Positions 1 to 8,418 of a stretch of DNA of 48,218 nucleotides are shown one piece after another. The translations under genes and the position numbers were made by a program. Location of the stretch: the IMG/VR virus record IMGVR_UViG_3300029825_000013, positions 1 through 48,218 of that record; one strand, 5' to 3'. How positions within the stretch are numbered: the stretch's first letter is position 1; every line of letters starts with the position of its first letter. This DNA comes from a virus (Duplodnaviria > Caudoviricetes). The notes beneath the pieces were generated by a model that saw only the letters and a program-made list of their open reading frames with translations, ran no database searches and had not been told where the DNA came from.

Positions 1-99
1 AGGTTAGATACTTTAAGAGAAACATATGATTTAGTAAATGATGTGGAAACCTTTATTAACGAACACAGTAGTTCAGAAATGGCAAAGTTACCTATCTTA
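1..99. repeat. 99-bp direct terminal repeat, left copy (assembly overlap of a circular genome)
   Basis: 1-99 is identical to 48120-48218 and an ORF reads through the junction. Confidence 0.95.
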
Positions 100-164
100 G
101 CAACAATTAGTTTATTAAGGAAAGAAACAACCATAGCGTTAAATAAAGAAGAGGAGAAACATAA

Positions 165-491
165 ATGTCAAGAGTAAAGATGATAGATAGAAAGTTACAA
201 AAATCAGATACACAAGTATTTGAGGGGGATACAACACCAATTTTAAGAGATTCTATATCAATTGAGTTCGGGGATGTAATATCAATAATGATATACAACT
301 CAGAAGATGACGAAGGTGGTATAGAAAATCAATTACAAGGTATGGTTTGTTTCTACGATGGTGAATTTTACGAATCAAGTCAATATGGTTACGACTCATT
401 TGAAACGATGCAAGGAGCATTTGATAAAGTTTATGTAGAATGCCTAGAAAAATTAAACGAAGAAATATTAAGTATTATGGAGGAAAACTAA
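165..491 (+). CDS. hypothetical acidic protein
   Basis: 108-aa ORF with GAGGAG RBS; no motif recognised. Confidence 0.7.
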   Translation: MSRVKMIDRKLQKSDTQVFEGDTTPILRDSISIEFGDVISIMIYNSEDDEGGIENQLQGMVCFYDGEFYESSQYGYDSFETMQGAFDKVYVECLEKLNEEILSIMEEN

Positions 492-492
492 A

Positions 493-1434
493 ATGTTAAA
501 TCAAGAGACGCACGGTTTTACATTGTATCACGTATATTTTAGTGGTTTAAAGAAACCAGGTTTAGATTTGAATTTCTTGTTAACATATAACGGAAGCAAA
601 GCACCGGGTTTAGATAAACTATTGGAAGGTGGTCATAGAGGTAAACTCTTTATGGACTCGGGAGCATTTCCAGCAGCGAGAAAGAACACAGACTTAGATA
701 TTAACAAGTATTTAGATTATGTAAATACAGTAGGAGACCGCTTTGATGCTATAGCACAGTTAGACTACTTACCAAGAGTCGCAGATGGTTCAGTTGAGGA
801 ACGCACAAGAAAGTCAATTTCATTAACTTGGGAAAGATTTTTATATATGTGGCCGAGAGTAAGACCAGAGTTAAGAAAGAAACTTATTTACGTTTTGCAC
901 GGTTCGGAAGACATTGAAGAGCCATTAAGAAGAGCACTAGCGTGGCGTGATGAGGAAGGCAACAAGATTGAGTATATCGGTGTTGGATTGAGTAACCCAG
1001 ACAAAGAACAGCGCGCCCGTCAACTTGAAATAGTTAATAGACTATTTAAAGAATTTGATTACAGGGGGCAGTTTCACGGTTTCGGTTTACAAACATTGGA
1101 TTTAGTTCAGTTAAGCCCATATCTAACAAGTTGTGATAGTTCGTCGGCAATTAGAGACCAGATGCAAGGAAGTGTATTCATTGAAGGTCAGTCAATTAAA
1201 GTAAGTGACGATACCAAAGTACACCACCGTTCAGTTTTAACAAATGCACAAAGAAATCTGTTAGAACCAAAATTAAGAGCAAGAGCAACGGAAATGGGAA
1301 TTGACTTTGACTTAGCCAAAGCAAACGCACAAGAAAGATATGTATGGGGATGTATGGAACGCGACGATTATATTATGAAACATTACAACAACCATTACAA
1401 AAGAGTTAAAGGAAACTTGTTAAAAAGAAGTTAA
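493..1434 (+). CDS. dpdA: DpdA-like 7-deazaguanine DNA transglycosylase (TGT fold)
   Basis: LFMDSGAF, QLD, VLHG, FHGFG and SCDSSS motifs of TGT/DpdA-like proteins; near queC and yhhQ. Confidence 0.8.
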   Translation: MLNQETHGFTLYHVYFSGLKKPGLDLNFLLTYNGSKAPGLDKLLEGGHRGKLFMDSGAFPAARKNTDLDINKYLDYVNTVGDRFDAIAQLDYLPRVADGSVEERTRKSISLTWERFLYMWPRVRPELRKKLIYVLHGSEDIEEPLRRALAWRDEEGNKIEYIGVGLSNPDKEQRARQLEIVNRLFKEFDYRGQFHGFGLQTLDLVQLSPYLTSCDSSSAIRDQMQGSVFIEGQSIKVSDDTKVHHRSVLTNAQRNLLEPKLRARATEMGIDFDLAKANAQERYVWGCMERDDYIMKHYNNHYKRVKGNLLKRS

Positions 1435-1435
1435 T

Positions 1436-1447
1436 TATCGTACAATA
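1436..1447 (+). promoter_or_regulatory. phage-specific promoter motif TATCGTACAATA
   Basis: 12-mer recurring at gene boundaries upstream of RBSs; contains a TACAAT -10-like hexamer. Confidence 0.75.
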
Positions 1448-1466
1448 AATAACGGAGGTAGAATTA

Positions 1467-1691
1467 ATGAACGATATTGAAAAAGTAGTAGTTGATTTAT
1501 ACAATAAGTATAAAGACAGCAAGGACAAGAGTAAAGAAGTTAAGATGACTGCGGAAGAAGTAGTACAGATAACCGAATTCACACTAGCATTGAGAAACGA
1601 TTACTTAGCATTAAGACAGGCGTTGGAAAAAGAAATTGATTACAATAGGCTGTTGAAAATTGAAAATAATAATTTACGAGGGGGCAAGTAA
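1467..1691 (+). CDS. hypothetical coiled-coil protein
   Basis: 74 aa, GGAGG RBS, stop overlaps the next ATG. Confidence 0.7.
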   Translation: MNDIEKVVVDLYNKYKDSKDKSKEVKMTAEEVVQITEFTLALRNDYLALRQALEKEIDYNRLLKIENNNLRGGK

Positions 1692-2674
1692 TGGAAGACT
1701 GGGCATTAAAATACAGACCACAACGGTTAGTAGATTTAATAGGTCAGGAAGTCAACTCGGAGATACTCTCAACACTTGTAGCACAGAATAAGTTGTTCAA
1801 CTCAATGATATTTTACGGTAGGAGTGGTTGTGGTAAAACTACAACAGCCAGGATACTTGTAAATGAACTTAATGCAGAAGTAATAGAACTTGACGCAGCA
1901 TCAAACAGTGGTGTAGACGACGCAAGAAATATTAAAGACATTGCAAGTAAGTTAGCATTGAGTGGTAGGTCAAAGATTATCATTATTGACGAGGCACATA
2001 TGTTAAGCCGAGCGGCTTGGAATGCAATGCTAAAGATAATTGAAGAGCCTAACAGTAAAACACATTTTATATTTTGTACAACGGAGTACGGGGCAATACC
2101 CGCCACCATTAAAGGCAGAAGCCAGATGTTTAAGTTTTACAGTATACCACACGAGAAACAACAAGAATATGTTAAAAGTATTCTACTAAAAGAGAAAGCC
2201 GAGTTAGATGATAGGTTAATTGACTTTATTATTAAAGAAAGTAAAGGTCAAATGAGAGACTTATTAAAGAACTTACAAAAGGCAGTTCAAACAGGAATTA
2301 ACACGGTAGCAAAGATGTCAGAAAGTTTAGGTATACCAGATGTAAAAGGAATGGGGGCCTATCTCAATGCAGTACTATCAAACAACACAAAAACAGCGAT
2401 TAAAGCATTAAAAGAAGTTAATGACAAGACCGACAGTTTATTAAGTTGGAAAACAAGATTGGAAGACTTAATATATGAGATTTTGGAAGACCATTACGGT
2501 CTTGCAGAATTACCTTACCCATTACAGCAAGCCCAGAGGTTAAAGGAATTGGCAACCGAGCATAAGCCGCAGATGTTCGGTAAAGTCCTTGACTATCTGT
2601 TAAAGATATACAAAGATGATAATGCATTCCAAGTACTGTATGTGCTTGCTGTGCTTGGAGTTGACGGATGTTAA
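1691..2674 (+). CDS. dnaX: clamp-loader AAA+ ATPase (DNA polymerase III gamma/tau-like)
   Basis: ALKYRP N-terminus, Walker A GRSGCGKTT, ELDAAS, Walker B IIDEAHMLS, LKIIEEP. Confidence 0.93.
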   Translation: MEDWALKYRPQRLVDLIGQEVNSEILSTLVAQNKLFNSMIFYGRSGCGKTTTARILVNELNAEVIELDAASNSGVDDARNIKDIASKLALSGRSKIIIIDEAHMLSRAAWNAMLKIIEEPNSKTHFIFCTTEYGAIPATIKGRSQMFKFYSIPHEKQQEYVKSILLKEKAELDDRLIDFIIKESKGQMRDLLKNLQKAVQTGINTVAKMSESLGIPDVKGMGAYLNAVLSNNTKTAIKALKEVNDKTDSLLSWKTRLEDLIYEILEDHYGLAELPYPLQQAQRLKELATEHKPQMFGKVLDYLLKIYKDDNAFQVLYVLAVLGVDGC

Positions 2675-3102
2675 TTCAGAAGCCAAAAAATATTGTAGCC
2701 GAGGTAAAACTAAGTGAGTTACAGAAAATAGCATTGGAATTTATTCCAAAAGAACAAGTAACAAAGTTTAGTCAGTTTCCACACTTGATTGAGGTGGAAT
2801 TAGAGAACGAGGCAAGAGAACCCGAAATGGATAAAGTTTTAAAAGACATATTCAACGCACTGCACGATAGAAACACGCCAAAGTTATTGAGGGCATTGCA
2901 AGGGGACAGAAAAACAATATTCTACGCTTTTAAAAAACAACTTGATACACAAGCCAAGTCTGTTGCACAACCTAAGCCACAAGGCGAAGGAGTTAAGCAA
3001 AAAAACACGGCAGGAGGACTTAATAAACAACAGGCTAAGATGTACAATTTAATTAGTAATAAAGAGGTGTCATTGATAACAATAGCACTGATGAAAAACT
3101 AA
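2668..3102 (+). CDS. hypothetical protein, possibly small clamp-loader subunit
   Basis: overlaps the dnaX stop; function guessed from position only. Confidence 0.5.
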   Translation: MLIQKPKNIVAEVKLSELQKIALEFIPKEQVTKFSQFPHLIEVELENEAREPEMDKVLKDIFNALHDRNTPKLLRALQGDRKTIFYAFKKQLDTQAKSVAQPKPQGEGVKQKNTAGGLNKQQAKMYNLISNKEVSLITIALMKN

Positions 3103-3106
3103 TTAG

Positions 3107-3128
3107 CCGGTGCAGTCCGGCCGCACCG
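3107..3128 (+). promoter_or_regulatory. GC-rich leader hairpin(s) upstream of yhhQ
   Basis: GCCGG-tgcagt-CCGGC and the alternative CGGTGC...GCACCG pairing in AT-rich context, just before the AAGGAG RBS. Confidence 0.45.
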
Positions 3129-3154
3129 TAATCAAAATTAAGGAGAAAACAATT

Positions 3155-3859
3155 ATGAAACAAAAAATTAAAAACTTGTTTGGAGAATTAGACAAGCACA
3201 AGGTTTTAATACTACTTACAGCGGTACTAAGTGTAGTGGTAGTATTTATGAACCTATTTACAAGCCTGAGATGGCAAGGAGCACCGGGATTAACATTCGG
3301 TAACGTATTCTTTACTTGGATGCCAATGTTGGTGTGCGACATTCTTATTGAATGTTATGGTAAGAAGAAAGGTATAGCAATACCAGCATTCGTTTACTTA
3401 CTGCAAGGGTTGTTCTTTGGTTTAGCAGCGTTACTAGTTGCTACCCACCCAGATTTTTTGATTTGGAAAACCACAGCAACAGGTACAGAAATATTTAGTA
3501 CAACCTTTGGAGATACATTCAGAGTATGGGGCGGAAGCGTTTTGGCTAATTACGCAGGTTTCTTAGTAAACAGTCTTACAATGTACACAATGAAGAAGCA
3601 TATGCCAGCAAGCGACAAATGGTACAGTTTAGCAATTAGAGCGGTACTATCGTCAATGTTAGGTCAGTTTGTAGATAATGCGATATTTATGTATGTTGGT
3701 TTAGGTATGTGGGATTGGGTTTCCATTGGTCTAAGACAATTAACAGAAGTTGGTATGGAAGTATTATTCTTACCGATAACATTACTGTTAGTTAGAAAGA
3801 TTAATAAATTACCCGATTACTCACAAGTTGTAACAAAGCAAATCAATGTAAAACAATAG
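3155..3859 (+). CDS. yhhQ: queuosine-precursor (preQ0/preQ1) transporter, YhhQ/VUT family
   Basis: multi-TM protein with CDILIECYGKK, R-x-W-GGS and RAVLSSMLGQFVDNAIF motifs; start moved to ATG 3155 behind the RBS. Confidence 0.85.
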   Translation: MKQKIKNLFGELDKHKVLILLTAVLSVVVVFMNLFTSLRWQGAPGLTFGNVFFTWMPMLVCDILIECYGKKKGIAIPAFVYLLQGLFFGLAALLVATHPDFLIWKTTATGTEIFSTTFGDTFRVWGGSVLANYAGFLVNSLTMYTMKKHMPASDKWYSLAIRAVLSSMLGQFVDNAIFMYVGLGMWDWVSIGLRQLTEVGMEVLFLPITLLLVRKINKLPDYSQVVTKQINVKQ

Positions 3860-3878
3860 TACATAAGGCAATTACACA

Positions 3879-3971
3879 AGGTTAAGTATAAAGTCCTTAC
3901 AAATCGTAGTTAGCGGCGCTACAGTAGAGGTGTAAGGACTGATACTACCTTTAATTAAAATAATTAAAAGG
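3879..3971 (+). ncRNA. putative structured leader RNA upstream of queC
   Basis: perfect 10-bp stem 3892-3901/3931-3940 with flanking and inner stems, plus a hairpin overlapping the RBS. Confidence 0.5.
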
Positions 3972-3979
3972 AAAAAACT

Positions 3980-4702
3980 ATGAAAAAAATATTATTATAC
4001 AGTGCAGGACTAGATAGTTGGCTAATTGACAAGGTATGGAAGCCTACTCATAAGTTATTTTTTAGAATTGGCACTAGAAGTAACGAAAGGGAATATCAGT
4101 TAATAAAGCATCAGATAGAGGCAGGGTTAGTTGATAATGTAGAAATTATAGACTATACGCTATCACAGTTTGAGCAGCCTTATAGTAACTATTATTTACC
4201 GTTGAGGAACTTACACTTAGTATTAATGGCAGCACATTGGGCAGATGATGAAACTGAGATTTGTCTTGGTTCAGTTAAAGGCTCAGTACATAAGGACAAC
4301 GACAGCAAGTTTGCTAAGCAGGCTACAAAGTTAATTAACTATTTATTTAGCGAACAAGGTAAACAAAAAGTTAAAGTGGTAGTACCGTTTGAAAACACAA
4401 GTAAAGCAGAACTATTAAGAATGTACCTTGAAGAAGGTGGTGACATCAACAAAGTGTGGAATGAAACATTTAGTTGCTATCAGCCACGAGATGGTCACGA
4501 ATGTTATGGATGCACAAGTTGTTTAAGTAAGATAGCAGCATTTTACTTTAATGGATTTGGTAGTTTTCCAACAACAGTAGTGTCAGCATTCGGAGAAAGG
4601 GACTTTATTAGTTTTATTAAACAGGCTATTGAAGAAAACTCTAACAAGGTTGAAAAGGATGTGTTATTAATGTACACAGACTTAGCAAGTAAAGGTAATT
4701 AG
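3980..4702 (+). CDS. queC: QueC-family PP-loop ATPase (7-cyano-7-deazaguanine synthase-like)
   Basis: LLYSAGLDS PP-loop, PLRN motif, TFSCY...CYGCTSC zinc-binding cysteines. Confidence 0.88.
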   Translation: MKKILLYSAGLDSWLIDKVWKPTHKLFFRIGTRSNEREYQLIKHQIEAGLVDNVEIIDYTLSQFEQPYSNYYLPLRNLHLVLMAAHWADDETEICLGSVKGSVHKDNDSKFAKQATKLINYLFSEQGKQKVKVVVPFENTSKAELLRMYLEEGGDINKVWNETFSCYQPRDGHECYGCTSCLSKIAAFYFNGFGSFPTTVVSAFGERDFISFIKQAIEENSNKVEKDVLLMYTDLASKGN

Positions 4703-4704
4703 TA

Positions 4705-5034
4705 ATGACAACAAGGGAATTAAGTACTATACACGAAAAGGCAGTAGCCAAAGCACTTGGCGGAAGAAGAACAGCCAATAGCGGAGCAACACCCTTTAAG
4801 AAAGGTGACGTGATAGTAGGAGAGGTACTCATTGAATGCAAAACCAAAGCAAAAGAAACAAATAAGTTTTCCATAAGTAAGGAGTGGCTAGATACCATTC
4901 AGATGGAAAGGAAACAGATGCAGTTGGTAGCAGGCTTCTTAGCAATATCATTTAACTGTGGTAAAGATAGTTATTACGTTATAGATGAGAAGTCAATGCA
5001 AGTATTACTAGATACAATAAACGGTTTATTATAA
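4705..5034 (+). CDS. Holliday junction resolvase-like PD-(D/E)XK nuclease
   Basis: HEKAVAK...SGA...KGDV...IECKT pattern. Confidence 0.75.
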   Translation: MTTRELSTIHEKAVAKALGGRRTANSGATPFKKGDVIVGEVLIECKTKAKETNKFSISKEWLDTIQMERKQMQLVAGFLAISFNCGKDSYYVIDEKSMQVLLDTINGLL

Positions 5035-5040
5035 TATGGA

Positions 5041-5071
5041 AAAAAGACAGCGTGCAAATGTTGTCTTTTTT
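5041..5071 (+). terminator. intrinsic terminator
   Basis: AAAAAGACAGC-loop-GTTGTCTTTTTT. Confidence 0.75.
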
Positions 5072-5082
5072 ATCGTACAATA
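5071..5082 (+). promoter_or_regulatory. phage-specific promoter motif TATCGTACAATA
   Basis: exact copy directly after a terminator. Confidence 0.75.
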
Positions 5083-5104
5083 ATAGACAGGGAGAAACCA
5101 AAGT

Positions 5105-5524
5105 ATGCGAAAATTGTTTACTGATTTCATTAGAGAGATACAAAAAGAAAAAGACAAAGATAAAAAGGCAAAGATAATTCTAGCGTTAACAGATGACCAA
5201 TTTAGGTTAGTTAAGCACATTTATGATAAAAGAAGAATACCAATTACAAAGTACGAATTTAGAGAACTGTTACAGGAAGAGGACATAGACCAAGTAACAG
5301 AGTTAAACTCATTGATAGCAATAATAGACTATATGTATGACCCGGAGTGCAACAGAAGAAAACTAGCCCACGCAATGATGATATATCTAGACTTTATAGA
5401 GGGCATAGCAGGCTGGAGGAAATGCAGGGATGTTTCTAAAATCTTATTTAAAGAAACAAGGTTAGGCATTAAAAGAAGAGAAGTAAGACGACTTGAAAAA
5501 GAAAGAAAGTTAAGTAAAAGTTAA
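5105..5524 (+). CDS. hypothetical protein
   Basis: 139 aa, GGGAG RBS. Confidence 0.7.
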   Translation: MRKLFTDFIREIQKEKDKDKKAKIILALTDDQFRLVKHIYDKRRIPITKYEFRELLQEEDIDQVTELNSLIAIIDYMYDPECNRRKLAHAMMIYLDFIEGIAGWRKCRDVSKILFKETRLGIKRREVRRLEKERKLSKS

Positions 5525-5543
5525 GAAAACCACTGAAAATTAC

Positions 5544-5572
5544 TTGCTATTGATAGTAAAATATGCTATACT
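5544..5572 (+). promoter_or_regulatory. host sigmaA-type early promoter
   Basis: TTGCTA-17 bp-TATACT with extended TG and AT-rich flanks. Confidence 0.75.
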
Positions 5573-5605
5573 ATAAATGTAATAAATAATATTACAATAA
5601 ATTAA

Positions 5606-5653
5606 AAGACCACCAGACATAGCCCAAGCGGCGGTGGCAAGGAGATAAATATG
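5606..5653 (+). ncRNA. structured 5' leader motif, copy 1
   Basis: CCACC/GGTGG and GCC/GGC stems followed by CAAGGAGATAAATATG; covaries with the copy at 6737. Confidence 0.65.
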
Positions 5654-5968
5654 GATATCAATTTACAAAAAGGTTATGAATTAATTAAAGAGTTTGCTAC
5701 AACATTGGCTTGCTACGACAAATGTTACTTTACATTATACGCGGATGGTCACTACAAAGTTGAAACTGGAATAGCATTATTAGGGACATACACACCAGCA
5801 ACAACAGTAGTTAAAAAGTTCACATTGACAGCAGATACATTTTACAGCAATATAGGAAGAGCATTAACAAACTATTTAACATTTGGATACGTTATAGACT
5901 ATAAAGGAACCAATGAAAAAGAGTTACAAAGTTATATAGAAATATTAGAAGTAGCATTAGCAAAATAA
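5651..5968 (+). CDS. hypothetical early protein
   Basis: 105 aa, first ORF after the sigmaA promoter. Confidence 0.7.
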   Translation: MDINLQKGYELIKEFATTLACYDKCYFTLYADGHYKVETGIALLGTYTPATTVVKKFTLTADTFYSNIGRALTNYLTFGYVIDYKGTNEKELQSYIEILEVALAK

Positions 5969-5978
5969 GGAGTAAATA

Positions 5979-6299
5979 ATGAAACCATTTAAAGTAACAG
6001 TAACAGCAGTTAAGAGGTCAGCGGTCAAGAAGAACATTTACTACTTGACCGTAGTGAACTCACAAGGTGAATTAAAAACTATTGGAAAAAGAAACTACAA
6101 AGTGGGGGAAGAAGTCTGGATTAAACAGAGAACACCAATAGATGCAATATGGGACATAGTTCCAACAAAGCAAGCAGAACTATTTCAATTTAGGGAAGCA
6201 ATGAGACAAGACTTTATAGACCACGGAAGAACAGCAGAAGAGGCAGACGAAGTATTTAACTTATCACAACAAATTATTAAAGATAAGGAGAACAAATAA
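5979..6299 (+). CDS. hypothetical early protein
   Basis: 106 aa, AAGGAG RBS. Confidence 0.7.
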   Translation: MKPFKVTVTAVKRSAVKKNIYYLTVVNSQGELKTIGKRNYKVGEEVWIKQRTPIDAIWDIVPTKQAELFQFREAMRQDFIDHGRTAEEADEVFNLSQQIIKDKENK

Positions 6300-6300
6300 T

Positions 6301-6735
6301 ATGGTTTTAGAATACACATTTACAAGGATAACGCATCAGTACTATTTAGACACCAGTGACGAATGGGAAGAAGATGGTGATGATTACGATTGGGAATACG
6401 AAATTGACGAACGAGACATAGCAAGAGCATTAGTCGGAATGTACGGAAAGAAAAAAGAAAAATTAGAATACAACATTAAACAAGTATGGAAAGAACTATT
6501 AAGTGATGAAGATAGAAAAACCATATTGGAAGAAGCAGAGGAACATTCATTTGAAACGATGTTAATATCAGCAAAGAAATACATTTTATCGGTAAACAAA
6601 AAAATCAATGCATACACATTACTAGATTACATTTTAGGTGACATTAGTCATTACGCAGAACAAGAAGAGGAATCATTAAGAGACTGGTTCTACGACGAAG
6701 CAGAGAAAGATTTCTATAATAACAACGATTTTTAA
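6301..6735 (+). CDS. hypothetical acidic early protein
   Basis: 144 aa, very D/E-rich. Confidence 0.7.
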   Translation: MVLEYTFTRITHQYYLDTSDEWEEDGDDYDWEYEIDERDIARALVGMYGKKKEKLEYNIKQVWKELLSDEDRKTILEEAEEHSFETMLISAKKYILSVNKKINAYTLLDYILGDISHYAEQEEESLRDWFYDEAEKDFYNNNDF

Positions 6736-6736
6736 T

Positions 6737-6785
6737 AAGACGGCCAATTCATAGCCCGAAAGGCGGTCGCAAGGAGATAAATATG
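6737..6785 (+). ncRNA. structured 5' leader motif, copy 2
   Basis: CGGCC/GGTCG and GCC/GGC stems followed by CAAGGAGATAAATATG. Confidence 0.65.
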
Positions 6786-7283
6786 AAAGAATTAATCAGA
6801 ATGCTTGAAACAAAAGAGCAACAAATCAAAGCGGACAAAGTAGTCAATTTATTAAAAAAACAAATTATGGAAAAAAACTTATATGGCTGGAGATGGTATA
6901 TAGATGATGTCATAGTTAAGATTGTACACCATATGATAAAGACAGAGTTTAAGTTAACCATAGCAGTATATGTAAGAGCGGGGATGCAAAGAGCAATTAC
7001 TCAATTAAGATACGCCACTTGTGCAAAGCGAAGAGGCAATTACGAATTAGTATCACTTGATGATGTACAGGTCGGAGACGACAGTATGGAGGAAGAGATG
7101 GATACAGCACAACGACAAAACGAACTATACATAAAGATAATGCTAAACTACGGGAAGGAACTAGCGGAACAATTAAAACCTATCATTTATGCAGAAGAGA
7201 CCAGACTTGAAAAAAAGGTTTTAAGAAAAGTAAGAACAGAAGAGTTTAGGGAATTTCTCAAAGATGCAAGTACATACTACTAG
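6783..7283 (+). CDS. divergent sigma-factor-like transcription regulator
   Basis: helical region ending YVRAGMQRAITQLRY...KRRGNYELVSLDD, loosely like sigma70 region 2 plus the SLD motif. Confidence 0.4.
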   Translation: MKELIRMLETKEQQIKADKVVNLLKKQIMEKNLYGWRWYIDDVIVKIVHHMIKTEFKLTIAVYVRAGMQRAITQLRYATCAKRRGNYELVSLDDVQVGDDSMEEEMDTAQRQNELYIKIMLNYGKELAEQLKPIIYAEETRLEKKVLRKVRTEEFREFLKDASTYY

Positions 7284-7326
7284 AATAGACATAAAATAAA
7301 ATATTATACAGACAAGGAGTCAGGAA

Positions 7327-7641
7327 ATGAGACTAAGCGAAAAACACTATAAAACAATATCAGAGATGAAAGCCAAAGATTACGTTTGGCTTTCTGACTT
7401 ATCAAAGAATGCAATTATGAGATTTAGGAATAAGACCAGGAATGGATTTAACGGTTACGTTAAAGTAAATGGTCTTACATTTTTAACACGCAGGGTGGCT
7501 GACTCTATAAGTAGAGGAGCAAAAGACAGTAAACCAAGATTAACATTAAAGCAACAGAACGTAATGCTAGAAAACGATTTAATTGAACTTGAACGTAGGT
7601 TATACAAAGCCGAAAGAAAGGAGGTTAAAGACAGTGAGTAA
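7327..7641 (+). CDS. hypothetical basic protein
   Basis: 104 aa, RBS present. Confidence 0.65.
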   Translation: MRLSEKHYKTISEMKAKDYVWLSDLSKNAIMRFRNKTRNGFNGYVKVNGLTFLTRRVADSISRGAKDSKPRLTLKQQNVMLENDLIELERRLYKAERKEVKDSE

Positions 7642-7780
7642 ACAAGGTATAGTACTTTATGTATTAAGTTTTTTACTATTTCCAATTACAGCATTAATAC
7701 TACTGTTAGGTTTTTGGATAGTATTTCCAAAACACAACAAAGAGAACAACAAGAACAGCATCAACAAGTTAACAAAATAA
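7634..7780 (+). CDS. small membrane protein
   Basis: GTG start behind GGAGG; long hydrophobic stretch followed by a basic tail. Confidence 0.6.
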   Translation: MSKQGIVLYVLSFLLFPITALILLLGFWIVFPKHNKENNKNSINKLTK

Positions 7781-7799
7781 ATAGCCGAAGGAGGATAAT

Positions 7800-8114
7800 A
7801 TGGCTAAGAAGAAAGAAATAGACCAACCAGTAATTGAAGAACAATTAGAGGTACAGGGAGGTAGTCCGGAGGCTGAAGTAACCGAATTAGTACCAGAGGT
7901 TCCACCTATTCAACCATTAATTACAAAAGTGGAACAAGATTTACCAGTGAAAGGCATATTCAAAAGGCAGGTAATCAAGCAAGGTGTGTTTAGACTATCA
8001 GCCGGAGACATTGATGGTATGAACTCAACCGATAAGGATTGGGTTATAGAATTAATGGTGCACGGCAGAAAGGTTTACATACTAAGCGAGGTGACCTACA
8101 ATAAAAGTTTGTAG
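7800..8114 (+). CDS. hypothetical protein
   Basis: 104 aa, AAGGAGG RBS. Confidence 0.7.
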   Translation: MAKKKEIDQPVIEEQLEVQGGSPEAEVTELVPEVPPIQPLITKVEQDLPVKGIFKRQVIKQGVFRLSAGDIDGMNSTDKDWVIELMVHGRKVYILSEVTYNKSL

Positions 8115-8126
8115 GAGGTAACAGTT

Positions 8127-8417
8127 ATGCGTTTAGACCAGCAACAAGAGGCGGACATATTTAGAATAGGACGTCACGTAGCCAAAAAGAGTAGGCTTGA
8201 GGATAAGGAAGAAGCATTGTCAGTAGCCTTATTAGGGATAGCCAAAGGGTTGGACGGTTATAACCCAGAAAAAGATACCAAGTGGACGACATACATATAT
8301 AGATGTGCACAACTTGAGGTGTGGTGTGAGTGGCGAAAGCAGAACACCAAGAAAAGAGGTAGTGGTGTAAAACCATTATCATTAGATGAATTAGAAGAAC
8401 AAGGGATGGAATTTTAA
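8127..8417 (+). CDS. mini sigma-70-family protein (region 2 only)
   Basis: EEALSVALLGIAKGLDGYNPEKDTKWTTYIY...EWRK matches sigma70 region 2; ends shortly after LSLD with no region 4. Confidence 0.75.
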   Translation: MRLDQQQEADIFRIGRHVAKKSRLEDKEEALSVALLGIAKGLDGYNPEKDTKWTTYIYRCAQLEVWCEWRKQNTKKRGSGVKPLSLDELEEQGMEF

Positions 8418-8418
8418 T

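Noticed and set aside
3107-3131. Cobalamin riboswitch (GCCGGTG..TCCGGC...ACCGTAA resemblance)
   Set aside because: No preceding GGGAA, no B12 box, and too little intergenic space.
3971-3980. preQ1-I riboswitch suggested by the AAAAAACTA tail before queC
   Set aside because: No appropriately spaced P1 stem with the conserved loop; the tail is simply the RBS-ATG spacer.
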